NCBI GenBank assembly: GCA_001643675.2
Contig: LSRY02000028.1
Span: 124,001 to 188,000 of the forward strand
Length of the DNA: 64,000 nucleotides
Direction: 5' to 3'
Source of the DNA: Monocercomonoides exilis PA203
Lineage: Eukaryota > Protista > Preaxostyla
Positions 23,704-35,138 of this stretch are shown piece after piece; the first letter of the stretch is position 1, and each line of letters begins with the position of its first letter. The position numbers and the translations under genes were made by a program. The notes beneath the pieces are model-generated. The model made no database searches, was not told the DNA's origin, and worked only from the letters and a program-made list of their open reading frames with translations.

Positions 23704-26700
23704 TTACTTAGTTTGTAAGAAAGGATTAGAAGATTGTTCACCAAAAGGGTTTTGGCCGAAAATTGAGGAAGAAGAAAAAGAAGAAGAAGTTGATGATGAA
23801 GATGAAAAAGGAGAAGCACTTTGAGGAGAAGAAATGAAAGGATTGGAAACAGCTTGCGAAACAGAGGAAGTGCCAAAGGGCGATGATGAGAAGGGAGATG
23901 AAGTGAGAGGAGAGGGAGAAGAAGAAAGAGGAGAAGAAGAAGAAGAAGAAGACGCTGAAGATGGCGATGTCAAAAACTTGGCAAATGGATTGGAGGCAGG
24001 ATCAACGCTTGGCTGTGTAAACGAGGCAAAAGGAGAAACAAACGGAGGAGAAGAAAGAGAAGACGAAGACGAAGACGAATTGGAAGTGGAAGATGCGTTT
24101 TCTGTTTCGGTTTCAGATGCAGTTGTGGTTGTGGTTGAAGTTGTAGTTTCTGTGGCAGTTGATGATGAAGCATCAGAAGGACTTGAAAAAGACGAGAAAA
24201 TCGATGATGATTCGCCTTGTTTTGGTGCATCTGCTGTTTTGCCTGCCTCTTCTTCTTCTGATGAAGAAGTTGAAGATGAATCAGTTTCGGGTTTGTTTTC
24301 TGCTTCTGCTTCTGCTTCTGCTTCTGCTTCATCTGCTTGTATGTCTTTCTTTTCATTTTCTCCTTCTTTATTCTCTGTCTCTTTCTCTTTCTCTTTCTCC
24401 TTCAAATCTTCTTTGTTCTCATCTTTTGACTCTTCCTTTTTAGGAGATGCAAAAGGAGAAGCAGAGGTTGTTGAGGCAACAGGGAAGAAAGAAGCAAAAG
24501 GATTGCTATTTGCGCTTGATGCATCAGAAGCAGCTGGAAATGCTGATGCTGTCGAAGTCAAAGTTGTATTTGTTGTCGTCGTAGTTGTTGTTGTTGTTAC
24601 AGTCGAAGAAGCAACGCTCTCCCCCGTCGCATTCTCCGACCCTGCAGGTTTCGCAGTCATCGCAGCCAGCTGTGTGAACGGGTTTGGCTGAAATGCCATT
24701 CCAGAGCCAGGTGATGTTCCTGATGAATTTGAAGTACTTGCAGCATTTGCAGCATTTGTGACACTTGCTGGTGCAAACGGAGACACAAATCCATCTGAGA
24801 ACGGGTTCGACTTCGCAGAGCTGTCTTGTGCCTGTGCTATGCCTGCTGCTGAGTTCATCATCTTTGACGATGCAACGAGTTTTGTGATGGACGCCTCAGC
24901 TTCTTTATCTGCATCGCTGTCTTCTTCTTCTGATTGCTCTTCATCATCGTCTTCGTCTTCGTCATCTTCATCGTCATCGTCATCATCATCGTCTTCATCC
25001 ATCTCACTTCCACTTCTTTCGTTCTCTTCTCCTTCATCTGAGCTTCCTCCTTCACTCTCTTCTTCACTTCCTCCAATCACAATTGTTTCAATTCTTTTCT
25101 TTTTGTATCTTGTCTCCACTTCATCGCTATCATTCCCGCTTTCATCATCTTCTTCTTCGTCTTCATCTTCCTCATCTCCTTCTTCTCCTTCTTCTCCTTC
25201 TTCCTCCTCCTCCTCCTCTTCTCCCTCATTCTCATCTCCTTCTTCCGAATCAAACCTCTTTCCATTTCCACTTTCTCCTTCTGAGCTGTTTTCTCCTTCT
25301 GACTCTCTGCTCTCTTCTCTCTCGCTCCCACTCCCACTCCCACTCCCACTCTCATTCTCACTCTCGCTGTGTGCATACTTCTTGTGCCCTTTCTTCTTCG
25401 GCATCTTCTTGAAATACTCCATCTCCCTCTCTTCTCTTCTTTCTCTCGCTCTTTCCCGCTTCTCCTTCGCCAGCTGCGCATCTCTCTCTTTCCCTTCGTT
25501 GATGGCTCTTTTGTCTGCCTCACTCAGCCCCTTCGGGACAATCGGGACAGGACTGATCAGAAGGTGGGAAGAGGAAGAGGTGGAAGAGGAGGATGAAGGA
25601 GGCGGTGGAGGAAGTGCTGCCGACTGGCCACTAAGAGAAGGAAGAGTGGAAAGCGTGGTGAATGATGTACGGGTGACAAATGGGGAAACGAGTGAAGAGG
25701 CTGAGACTTCGGTTGAGGATGAAGCGGATGGTGAAGAAGTAGATGATGGAGATGACGAAGATGGGGAAGAAGAAGAAGATGATGATGATGATGATGAGGG
25801 AGAAGAAGAAAGTGAAGGAGACAAGAAGGGATTAGTAACAGCTGACGTATTTCCGCTGCTGAAACTTGATGAGAACGAAGCAAATGGATTGATTGACTGT
25901 GACTTCGACGAAATGTCTGAAGCTGCCGAAGCAAACTCAGCAAACGGATTCACAAAGCTGTTTTGATTGTCCTTCTCTTTCTCTTTTTCATCTTTTTTAC
26001 CCTCGCCTTCACCTTCTTTCTTGTCAGTTGAAGAGGTCATTGGCATCAGCACCTTCGCAAATGGATTGGTTGAGGAAGACTGAAAGACTGTTGAGTTGGT
26101 CTGGTTATTGCTGCTGTTCTGTGCGAGAACGCTCTTGAATGGATTCTCATACGAAACTGTGCTGTTCAAAAATGGGTTCTTCAGTGGCTTTTTGTGCTTG
26201 CGCTTCTTCTTGGCATCTGAATCGCTGCTTGAATCAGAAGAAGATGAAGAGGAAGATGAAGAGGAGGAAGATCCATCCTCTTGTTCTGATGAAAGAGATA
26301 ATGCATCTTCATCCTCGTCTTCTTCCTCTTCCTCTTCTTCGGATAGGCTCAGATCATACAAGTTATCATCATCTGATATCAAATTGCTTCCACTTTCATT
26401 GTCATCTCCTTCCTCTTCTTCTTCCTCCTCCTCCTCCTCTTCTTCTTCTTCTTCTTCTTCAGATATGCCCCCAATATTGCTGCTATCACTGCTTTCGTAC
26501 AAGTCCCCCATTCTAAATCTTTTGTGGCTCTGCTTCTTTCCTTTTGGCTGATGCTTCTTGTGTAATCTGCCTGAGTGCTGTTTTCGTGCGCTTTTCCCCC
26601 AAACAGCCATTCTCCCTCTCTTCTTTGGCTTCCTTCTCAAAAGATGGGCCCCACCTTTTGAAGAAGTCATTTCTGTTGGGAATTCAGAGCTAGTGGCTTG

Positions 26701-27603
26701 ATCGTCTTCTTTGTCTTCTCCAGACTCAGAATTTGATTCTGATGAAGAAAATAAAAGACCAACATCAATTGAATCATCGTCTTCGTGTTCAGAAAGATCG
26801 CCTTCTTTTTCTTTTTGTTCTTCTAATTCTCCATCTGATTTAACCTTTTTCCCTCCTTTTTGCTTTCTTTTCTTCTTGTGCTCCAGTACTTTTGTCAAAA
26901 ATTTGAGTTTTGTTTGCTGAACAGCAATTTTCACTCTTGCGTCTTCCAATTCTTTTCGAAGCAAGTTTTCTCTTTCTTCATTTTGTTTTATTAATTCTTG
27001 TTTTTCTTTTTCCAAAGCAAGACGTTTTGCTTTCTCCTCCTCCACTTCAGTTTTTTCATCTTCAAGCGAAAGCATTCTTTTCGAGCGAAAAGATTCTTCT
27101 TCAGCCCAACGAATAGATTGACATGGAGCAAGCGGCGTACTTCCGAGATATCTGTTCATAATTGCTGCAGCGTGATCTGCAGACAAAAGGATCTTTAGTA
27201 TTGATTTATTTGGAATATCTCGGTTTTTAAATTGATCAACAACTTTATTGGAAGAATTTCCAATTTCTAAATGTTCCCTCTCTCGTGATAGTGATTTTAT
27301 GCTTTGAGACGTTAACGAAGTTTGAGGAGAAATGTCTGTTTCATTCGACTTTGCAATTTCATTAGATGATGCTCCGTCACATTTATCTTTCGGATGAATC
27401 TGCATAAAAGGATTTTGATGATTGTTCTGTTCATCTATCTTTGCTGCATTAGCATTATTTGTCTCTGAAAGTTGTGAAGAAGATTTACCATGACCTTCTT
27501 CTTTGTTGTCGTCATCACAATCTGCAATATGTGGACAAAGCAATTTAACCACATCTCCAGTGGTTGTTAAATCCGAAATATACGTAATAGGTTCTCCCTC
27601 CAT
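23704..27603 (-). CDS. Low-complexity Ser/Glu/Asp-rich protein with a coiled coil and 14 NPF motifs
   Basis: ~1300-aa ORF, first ATG at 27603. N-terminal coiled coil (EKEKQELIKQNEERENLLRKELE), 14 NPF tripeptides by my count plus several SPF, ending SSNPFLQTK. Confidence 0.8.
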   Translation of the reverse strand: MEGEPITYISDLTTTGDVVKLLCPHIADCDDDNKEEGHGKSSSQLSETNNANAAKIDEQNNHQNPFMQIHPKDKCDGASSNEIAKSNETDISPQTSLTSQSIKSLSREREHLEIGNSSNKVVDQFKNRDIPNKSILKILLSADHAAAIMNRYLGSTPLAPCQSIRWAEEESFRSKRMLSLEDEKTEVEEEKAKRLALEKEKQELIKQNEERENLLRKELEDARVKIAVQQTKLKFLTKVLEHKKKRKQKGGKKVKSDGELEEQKEKEGDLSEHEDDDSIDVGLLFSSSESNSESGEDKEDDQATSSEFPTEMTSSKGGAHLLRRKPKKRGRMAVWGKSARKQHSGRLHKKHQPKGKKQSHKRFRMGDLYESSDSSNIGGISEEEEEEEEEEEEEEEEEGDDNESGSNLISDDDNLYDLSLSEEEEEEEDEDEDALSLSSEQEDGSSSSSSSSSSSSDSSSDSDAKKKRKHKKPLKNPFLNSTVSYENPFKSVLAQNSSNNQTNSTVFQSSSTNPFAKVLMPMTSSTDKKEGEGEGKKDEKEKEKDNQNSFVNPFAEFASAASDISSKSQSINPFASFSSSFSSGNTSAVTNPFLSPSLSSSPSSSSSSSSSSSPSSSSPSSTSSPSASSSTEVSASSLVSPFVTRTSFTTLSTLPSLSGQSAALPPPPPSSSSSTSSSSHLLISPVPIVPKGLSEADKRAINEGKERDAQLAKEKRERARERREEREMEYFKKMPKKKGHKKYAHSESENESGSGSGSGSEREESRESEGENSSEGESGNGKRFDSEEGDENEGEEEEEEEEGEEGEEGDEEDEDEEEDDESGNDSDEVETRYKKKRIETIVIGGSEEESEGGSSDEGEENERSGSEMDEDDDDDDDDEDDEDEDDDEEQSEEEDSDADKEAEASITKLVASSKMMNSAAGIAQAQDSSAKSNPFSDGFVSPFAPASVTNAANAASTSNSSGTSPGSGMAFQPNPFTQLAAMTAKPAGSENATGESVASSTVTTTTTTTTTNTTLTSTASAFPAASDASSANSNPFASFFPVASTTSASPFASPKKEESKDENKEDLKEKEKEKETENKEGENEKKDIQADEAEAEAEAEAENKPETDSSSTSSSEEEEAGKTADAPKQGESSSIFSSFSSPSDASSSTATETTTSTTTTTASETETENASSTSNSSSSSSSLSSPPFVSPFASFTQPSVDPASNPFAKFLTSPSSASSSSSSSPLSSSPSPLTSSPFSSSPFGTSSVSQAVSNPFISSPQSASPFSSSSSTSSSFSSSSIFGQNPFGEQSSNPFLQTK

Positions 27604-27687
27604 GAATTGCAAACCAAATATTGTTTTTCAGATTTAATGGTATGAATCATGGGCTTAATATGATCACAGATTTTTGTTTTTTCAAAA

Positions 27688-28941
27688 ATGGCAAACGTAA
27701 TGGAAATTATAACTAGACTTGTGTTAATTCCTTCGCTTCTTTATTGTTCTCGAAATTTTTTTATTGCATCTCTACAAGTTCCTGAATCATCATCTCACTT
27801 TTTGTTAAATGTTATTCTTTTTTGTGTCTTGGCTATTTTCGAGCTAGCGTTATTTGTTTTAACGCTGAAGTTGAAGGGGAAAGCATGTACATCCAAAATT
27901 TTTCGGATATGCTCCACGATTGAGGAAGCAGCTTCAAAACTGTCTCTTTCAATCAGTCTATTAGGTTGTGTAAAATTGCTTCAAAGAATTTATTTCCCCA
28001 CCGTCTTTTTAAAAAACACTTCAAACTTTGTGAGCAATCAATGCCTTCTGGAAATAATTCTGATTGATTTGCTAAATTCTGGATTATTCTCGTATCTTTT
28101 CGGAAATTTTTGCGAACAACAATTATTCGAAAATCGCAAAGAGGTTTGTCACGAATCCTTTTGATGGTACACTTATTTTTTATAATAAAAGCTTATTGAA
28201 TGTTCAACATGTATCATTCAAATTATATTATTTTTAAGCACAGTTTGTAATATCCTCTTCAAACAAGACTTGAATCCAGCAAATCTATTTCCGTCTTTTC
28301 AAATTATATCATTAAATATTGCAGCTATCATTACTCAAGGAAACATTCACTATGCCGTTATTCTTTCTGTTATGATGACTTTTCCTTTTGCGGTATATTC
28401 ATTAATGAGGATCAAAAAGATATGGATGAAGGAAATTGCATCTTCGAAGCGCTCTCAAAACAACTCGTCTGCGCAGGAGCCATCAATGCTGTATATCCAA
28501 CGTCCATTTTTGCCAACACTTTTAACAGTTGTAATTGTCATCTTCACGTTTTTGACTGGATGTCTTTCGCTGATTGGAGTTAAAGCAGATGAAAATTCAA
28601 GAAAGGACATAATTGGAAATCCAATTATGAGTTTAATGGTAACTTTGTTGTGGCCTCTTGTTGCTGGTTTTATGTGGCTTTGGGTAGTTCGTTCTCCTCT
28701 TGCAACGTTTGATGAGGAACTGGCAAGAGAGGAAGAAGAGAAAGCTAAAAAAGAAAAGAAACCAGCATCAAAAAGAAAGAAAAATGGAAAAAAGGAAAAA
28801 GATTCAGAAGATGAAGATGAAGAGCAAAGCGAAACAGAAAATATTTCAAATAAAGAGAAAGGAAAAGCAAAGAAAAGTCCCTCTAAAGCGCCTTATGTTG
28901 TTATGAGTCTAATGCTTCTTCTGCCTTTTGTTTTGCAGTAA
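27688..28941 (+). CDS. Multi-pass membrane protein of unknown function (probable intron 28144-28191)
   Basis: Two same-frame ORFs with several hydrophobic helices, joined in frame by a 48-nt GT..AG intron. Charged loop followed by a hydrophobic C-terminus. Confidence 0.65.
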
Positions 28942-29130
28942 ATGTCATCATTTATGTTTTGTTTTGTTTTGTTTGCTTTTTTTATTTCAAATTTAGAGAT
29001 TCAGAGATTTAGAGATTTCGTGAGCAAATACAAAAATATTGTAAAAAAAGAATGTTTTTTTTTTTTCTCAAATTGAAAAATGAAAAAACAAAGAAAATGT
29101 TAATAAAATACAACAAAAAATCAGAAAAGT

Positions 29131-31645
29131 CTATTTTTGCCTTTCTTTGGATTTTTTCGATATAAGATCCTTGCACTCTTTGTATTTCTGGAAAATTGCA
29201 TTTGATACATTCATTAAAGATGATCATCTCAATTACAATATAAAAAAGGAAAGAGCAAACCTGAAAAATTGAACCATCCAAATTTTGGTGCGTATAAAAT
29301 CTATTCTGCAGCTTTTTTGCAGTCAAATGCGGAAAATACATAATTTGTGCCTTTTGGTAATTATGTTTCGTTCTGAGCAAAGCCCAAACAAGAAGACTTG
29401 ACAAAGAAGATGGAAATAAACAGATTGTTACGTGATTCAAACATTAATAATTATGAGCATAAAGAAAATTAAAATTTTGAAATTGGAAGAAAAGAAAATC
29501 AGAAAGAAATTAGTAACAAATGAATTCGGCAAAAACTATTGTTGTCAAAGAGAAGGAAAAAAAAAGAAAGCTATTTCAGCGCTATGCATACTTATCTTGT
29601 TGAGGAAGAAGCAAGTTCCTGTCACTAGCTTTTTGTAAGTTTGTGGTTGTGACATCTCTCAAATCTGGAACTTTTTCACTGATTAATCCCAAAAGTCTCT
29701 TTGATTCTTGAAGAGTTTGTAAAGAAGTGGAACTATTAATATAGAAATTTTATACAAAAATTTTCGTTTGAAGTACAAAAATTCGTAATAAATGATTCAA
29801 TAAAAAGACATTTAATGAATAAAGCAATAAGCATAATTCTCTTATTTTGATGTTTCATAAAAGAAAATGCAAACTTTTTCGCTGCATCAAGAACTGGATG
29901 GTCAAAGAAGCTGATTTTGCGTTCGATCGCTTCTTTCACTTGAAGTGTGGATTCAAATACAGGCTGAGTTGCTGTCTGACTGTCTGGTGGCGAATTTGAG
30001 GAAGCAGATCTTGCTGATGGAACGCCGGCTGCTGTGTAAGTTGAAGGAGTTGAACTAGAAAACGATGAAGAAGCATTTGTTGGAGGTGGAGAAGGAGTTG
30101 CAGAATAAGGTTGATTAGTGTTTTGTCCAAGGTAGTTTGGTTGAATAGGTTGAAATGCTGAAGTATAATTCATTGGCTGTGTTGAAGAAGAGCTTTGCTT
30201 TGAAAATAGTTGAGAAGTTTGTGTCTTCATTGAACAAAGATGATCAATCATGTAATTCACCTTTACGAGTAAACTGCGCAAATATTGAATTTGCTGAGAG
30301 CTTGCTGTTGTCATGCCGCCGCTTTCGTCAATTTCATCTTCTGAAAACTCATCTTCTTTATTTCCATCAATGCTGATGTTTCTTGTAACTCTGTTCATTG
30401 TTTTAACTCCATCTGAACGAATAGATTCTGTTTTCCCGTCAAAAGATGGTTGAGCTCCAGAATTCTCCATTCCCGTCTGGGGTGTCATGCCTGAAAAGCT
30501 CACTGCAGATGCTTGTGGAGCTAATGACTCAATTTGAGTCAGAATTCCTACTCGTAATTGAAGAAGCAGATGAACATGTCGCAGGAGCTGGGACCGAATA
30601 CCGTCAATAAGTGCGATTGATAACGGCTGACGATAAAATACAGATGGGAGCAATTGAATAGGGGCCAGATGCCCTGACTGTGGAGGAGGTACTTCATATC
30701 CTTGGAAAGCGCTTTGATGGAAATAATTCTCAGTCATCGAAGGAGCAGAAAGTTCTGGTGGCAATGTTAATTGATGATCGATAGGAAGCGATCCGCGTTG
30801 AGCCTCTGGTGAGACTGTAAGTGTTTGAAAAGAAAACGATGGGTCTTCATGCACCCCTTCTATTCCAAGTGCTGATGGATTAATTGGTTGCTGAAATAAC
30901 GGAAAACCAACAAGTTCAGATTGTACAATTCTTCTGCGAGATTTTTTCACCAGCGCATCACCTCTCTGCAAGGCAAGAAGTTCTTCTTTTGGTATAAGAG
31001 CAGATCTTCCCTTTTTGTATTCAAATGGATCTTCCTTTTCCTTTGCCCAATCATTATTATAATCATAATCGTCATCCTCATCATCGTCTTCGTCTTCATC
31101 AAATGGTTCATCTACTATTGCATGAATTGCATCTCCTTGTTGTTTTTGTGGCGAAGCATGCTCGTTAGAATGAATCAGTCCAAGTAAAGTTGGTGACACT
31201 CTTGGTCTTTCCATCTCAGGGTAATCTTCATTGTCGTCTTCAACTTCGTTTTCTTCTTCTGATTCAGATTCTCTATCTAGATCATCAAATATGCCCTCTC
31301 CTTCATGAAAGTTATCTGCGTTGAATTCAATTTGAGTGGGTTTTCTATCAAGAATGTCGATTTGTCCAGTCGAAACATCATTTTCTTCTTTCATTACAGC
31401 CTTTCCTGCAATAAGTCTTTGAGGCTTCAGTCTTTGAGCAGCAAACTGTCTTGAAGCATGACTATATTGCTGAACGATATGAGTCTGTTCAAAAGCAGTT
31501 GTATCTTCATCTGAGAGTTCTTCAAAATTAGCTTCATCCAAACTAATATAAAAAAATAATTTGTTATATTTTATAAGCTACTAACTCTTTTTATATTCAA
31601 ATAAATCGTACAAAACTTAAATTGTTTTGAATCAATTGTCGTCAT
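29131..31645 (-). CDS. GON4L/YY1AP1/DUO3-like transcriptional regulator with a Myb/SANT-like C-terminal domain, multi-exon
   Basis: DEDDDYDYN..EDPFEYKKGRSALIPKEELLAL resembles GON4L DEDDPEYN..DTEDFR.DRAVRITKKEV.EL. IRSQLLRHVHLLLQ resembles LRQQMQQHVQLLTQ. A downstream exon (~29262-29410) LLVWALLRTKHNYQKAQIMYFPHLTAKKLQNRF is SANT-like. Micro-exon MTTIDSKQF from ATG 31645; last exon ends in TAG at 29131. Confidence 0.55.
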
Positions 31646-31789
31646 AAGTTATTAAGGGTATTTTTTAACACTTGTGGAATATTTAATCTTATTGAATCAG
31701 ATTGGTTTTTGTAAACCACTAATATTATGTTTGATGTATTTCGAAAAAAATATTTTATGGATATCAGTGATCTCTTTTTTTCTTTGTTG

Positions 31790-32679
31790 ATGTCTACGGC
31801 TTTTTCTTCAAATGCCAATCAACCAGATTTAACAAAAGTTGAATCTGCTCCAATAGAAAAGGTATTTTTTTCTTTTCAATTGTTTGATGACTTTACTAAA
31901 AATTTTTAGGTGATCGTTCATTTCAACAATTTCATAATAAGCACTACACATCATTTAAATAAATTCATTTCAACATGTGATCAAAAATTATCTGATGTGT
32001 CCACTAGAATTTATCGAATTGAGGCTACACTCGCAAATCTTGAAAAGAAACTTGCTTCAATTCCTGATTCAACGCTTTCAGCACCTCCTCCATCAGCTGC
32101 TCCTCCAACTACTTCTGCAGCTGTTCCACAAGCTCCACCTCTTCCTGATGGTTCAACTATTCCACCTCCTCCAGCTCTGCCAACTGGTGCTCCAAATGTA
32201 CCAATGGCTCCTCCACTTCCAGGAGCTCCAGTTGAAGCACCACCAGTAGAAGCTGCTCCTCCAGAAGGTTTTCTATTATTTTAATTAATTATTATGTGAT
32301 TGTTTTATTTGTTTATTTATAAAAAAAATTTCAAAAAAAATTTTTTATAAGATCCTTATCCACTGGTCTTCGCGCGCCCTTATAAGACATATTACACTAT
32401 GCTAAAAGTTAAAATACCTGCACCAGCAGTACGGTATGATAAAATATCAGTCTTTTTCTTTTTTATCAGAAATTTACCGATGTATTTATGAATTTTTGTT
32501 TAACTAACAGAATGAAAGCATTAGGAGCTGGAGAAGATATGGATGAATTCGACGAATTTGTAAAGCAAGTTCAAAAGAAATTCCCAGGAGGATCTTTACC
32601 TCCTCACCCATTGGAAGACGATGATAATGGAGGAGATGATGATTCAGGAGATGATGATGATGATGATGATGAAACGTAG
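31790..32679 (+). CDS. WASHC3: WASH complex subunit 3 (CCDC53), 4 exons
   Basis: PDLTKVESAPIEK|VIVHFNNFIISTTHHLNKFISTCDQKLSDVSTRIYRIEATLANLEKKLASIP matches the CCDC53 N-terminus. It is followed by a Pro-rich linker, YKTYYTMLKVKIPAPAVR..MKALG (cf. YARYLKMVQVGVP..AIR.KM) and an acidic tail. Confidence 0.9.
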
Positions 32680-33108
32680 AACTAATTTTTTATCTGTGAA
32701 AATAGCTGATATTTTTAATATCATGAGAAATTGCTAGTATTTTTATTTTTAAAGTCTTATTTCATTTTTTAATTACTTTTTTTATTTATGTTTTTTCTTT
32801 CCTGAGTTATCCTCACTTCAACTTTACTCTGTCAAATGAAATAAGAGGTAAATAAAAATGTTTTATTGAATCTGAAATTGCGAACTTGTGTCAGATTTCT
32901 TAATATTCTTTTAACTGGAACATATCAAAAGAGTGATTTCATATTCAGACAATTTTTTTGATATCAGAAAAATGAATGTATTTTTTTGTTTTTGCAATTG
33001 TACTCTTTTAATTTCAATTTTTAATTTTTGTTTTTGTTTTGTTTTGTTTTGTCAAAATTCCTTTTGCAATGTTTCGTTTTTTGGCAGATGAAAACAAATA
33101 TGGGTGAA

Positions 33109-33334
33109 TTTTTTTGAAAAGTTCCTTTTGTTTAATTTTCAAACAAAGAAAAAATTTCATATTTTCATCATATTTCTGTTTTCACTCACGAAATCACACC
33201 CAAACGGATAAAATAACTTTAACAAGGATTTATTTCCATGACAGCAAAATTTGGTGAGTGGGAACAGAAATTTGATCGAAATATAAAATTTTTATTTTAT
33301 TAGAAAATTAAACAAAAGGAACTTTTCAAAAAAA
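33109..33334. mobile_element. Diverged inverted-repeat element (MITE-like)
   Basis: 33109-33192 pairs with 33251-33334 without indels, 73/84 identical by hand count, outer 32 bp perfect, 58-nt spacer. No clear target-site duplication. Confidence 0.6.
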
Positions 33335-34728
33335 ATTTGACATATGTGTGGATATTTTTTGATCATATTTTTCAAAATAAAAATACTAATTTATAGTTCA
33401 CAACCTATTCTATGAAATTTCAACATTCTTGTTGAATATCATCTTTTTCCTTCATCTGTTCTGTTGAAAATGATTACAACCAGCAGACTATTTGTGTGAT
33501 TATTTTTGAAATAATATTTTTTCTTGCAAAAATTACACATTGAAATTATGAATTAACTTTAATTTTTTGTGCACTGAATAGAGATTCAGCTAATTAAAGT
33601 CATTTTTGTCTTTCTTTCATATCAAACATAGGCTCAAAAAAAGATTTTTCAATACATCATCCATTTGAGGAAATTTTTCTTTTTTCAAACTTAAAGTTCA
33701 CATTAATAAACTCTTCTTTAAAGGTTTGTTTACATAAATAATCATTTATTTCATTAATAATTGTCATTCAAATGACTGAATTAGAGGAAATAATGCATTC
33801 ACTGAAATAATTATGAGTTATTTACATCTGGGGCTATATATTTTGCTTCAGGGATTTTCGTTGAAAAATTATGCACTTTTCATTAGCTTTTTTATGTCAA
33901 AAAACACAATAAAAATTGGACCATTTTTTGACATTCGTGAAATGACACAAAACATTTTGTTATCGTTTCGACAATGCCTGTTTAAGGAAATTAAAATATA
34001 ATTTATTTTTAAATTTGAGAAAGTGAAAAAAATTTATGAAAAAAGCAATTTTTTGTGCTATGTGCAAAAAAGCTTGAAAGTCTTTATTTTCCCCCATATT
34101 TTCCCCCAAATAAATAATTCAGCTTCATATTGTGACAAAAAACACATAAAATTTTATTGAAAATATTCCACTGCTAGGTTTTCTCTATAGCTGTGTATAG
34201 AAAAAATTAATCCCTTTTCCTTCTTTTCTTTTCACTCATCATTAACAGTCATTTCAAAATAAACTTTCATTTTTGTTTTATTAAATATAAGTAATTAATA
34301 TTACTATATACATAAAGAATAACAAATTTCTGTTTCATATTGTTTAATTTAATTCAAACTTTTTGAAAAGTGCCGAATGTTAAAATTTCTGAGTTAATGA
34401 AATCTAACTTTACATCATGAATATTTACAATTGATGTGTTAAACGTCGCATTCAAAGAATATTGGACAATACAAAATACTGAAGGTACAATGATTTTCAT
34501 AAAAATCAAAATTTGCTAAACAATTGAAAGAATTCTCAAAAAAAAGAAAATACTCCATAAACTTGAAAATCAAACATTTGCAAGTTTTCATCAATAATAA
34601 TCCAATTAAAAATATATTTGTTAAGATAGGATTTTTGCAAACGAATGCAATATTTTATTTTATAGTTGTGATTGCTTTTATATAACATCAAATAAAATTT
34701 AATAAAATTGATCAAAAATTCTGATAAT

Positions 34729-35138
34729 TATAGTAAGTTTCATAATAGGCGGACACTTTCCTAATGGCCGGACAGCAGCCTTTTCTCAGCAGCTAATGAT
34801 TGTTGAATTAAGATCTTTTCCCACATCACTTGTCAGGTGAATATGAGTCCATGCAGTTTGCCAAGAATGAAGAATTCTTGAGCATTCATTTTTTAAAAAT
34901 AAATTTTGTTTTTCGGAGAAATTCGGAGTAATTAGTTTTTCCGAATTTCTCCGAAAAACAAAATTTATTTTTAAAAAATGAATGCTCAAGAATTCTTCAT
35001 TCTTGGCAAACTGCATGGACTCATATTCACCTGACAAGTGATGTGGGAAAAGATCTTAATTCAACAATCATTAGCTGCTGAGAAAAGGCTGCTGTCCGGC
35101 CATTAGGAAAGTGTCCGCCTATTATGAAAGTTACTATA
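34729..35138. mobile_element. Fold-back MITE, putative pogo/Tc1-mariner-type, TA-flanked
   Basis: Arms 34729-34927 and 34940-35138 are reverse complements at 198/199 positions, with a 12-nt loop GTAATTAGTTTT. Terminal TA; subterminal tandem 19-mers TTTCATAATAGGCGGACAC / TTTCCTAATGGCCGGACAG. Confidence 0.8.

Noticed and set aside
23834-26551. Long plus-strand ORFs (285, 402 and 151 aa) opposite the NPF gene, and similar ones opposite Vps34
   Set aside because: Antisense reading of GAA/TCT trinucleotide tracts, which lack stops; poly-S/E mirror images.
34738-34775. Tandem 19-mers as a CRISPR-like array
   Set aside because: Only two adjacent imperfect copies, no spacers, no cas genes, eukaryotic context.
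34786-35037. 83-aa ORF within the palindrome
   Set aside because: It crosses the symmetry axis, has no transposase motif, and is a by-product of the repeat.
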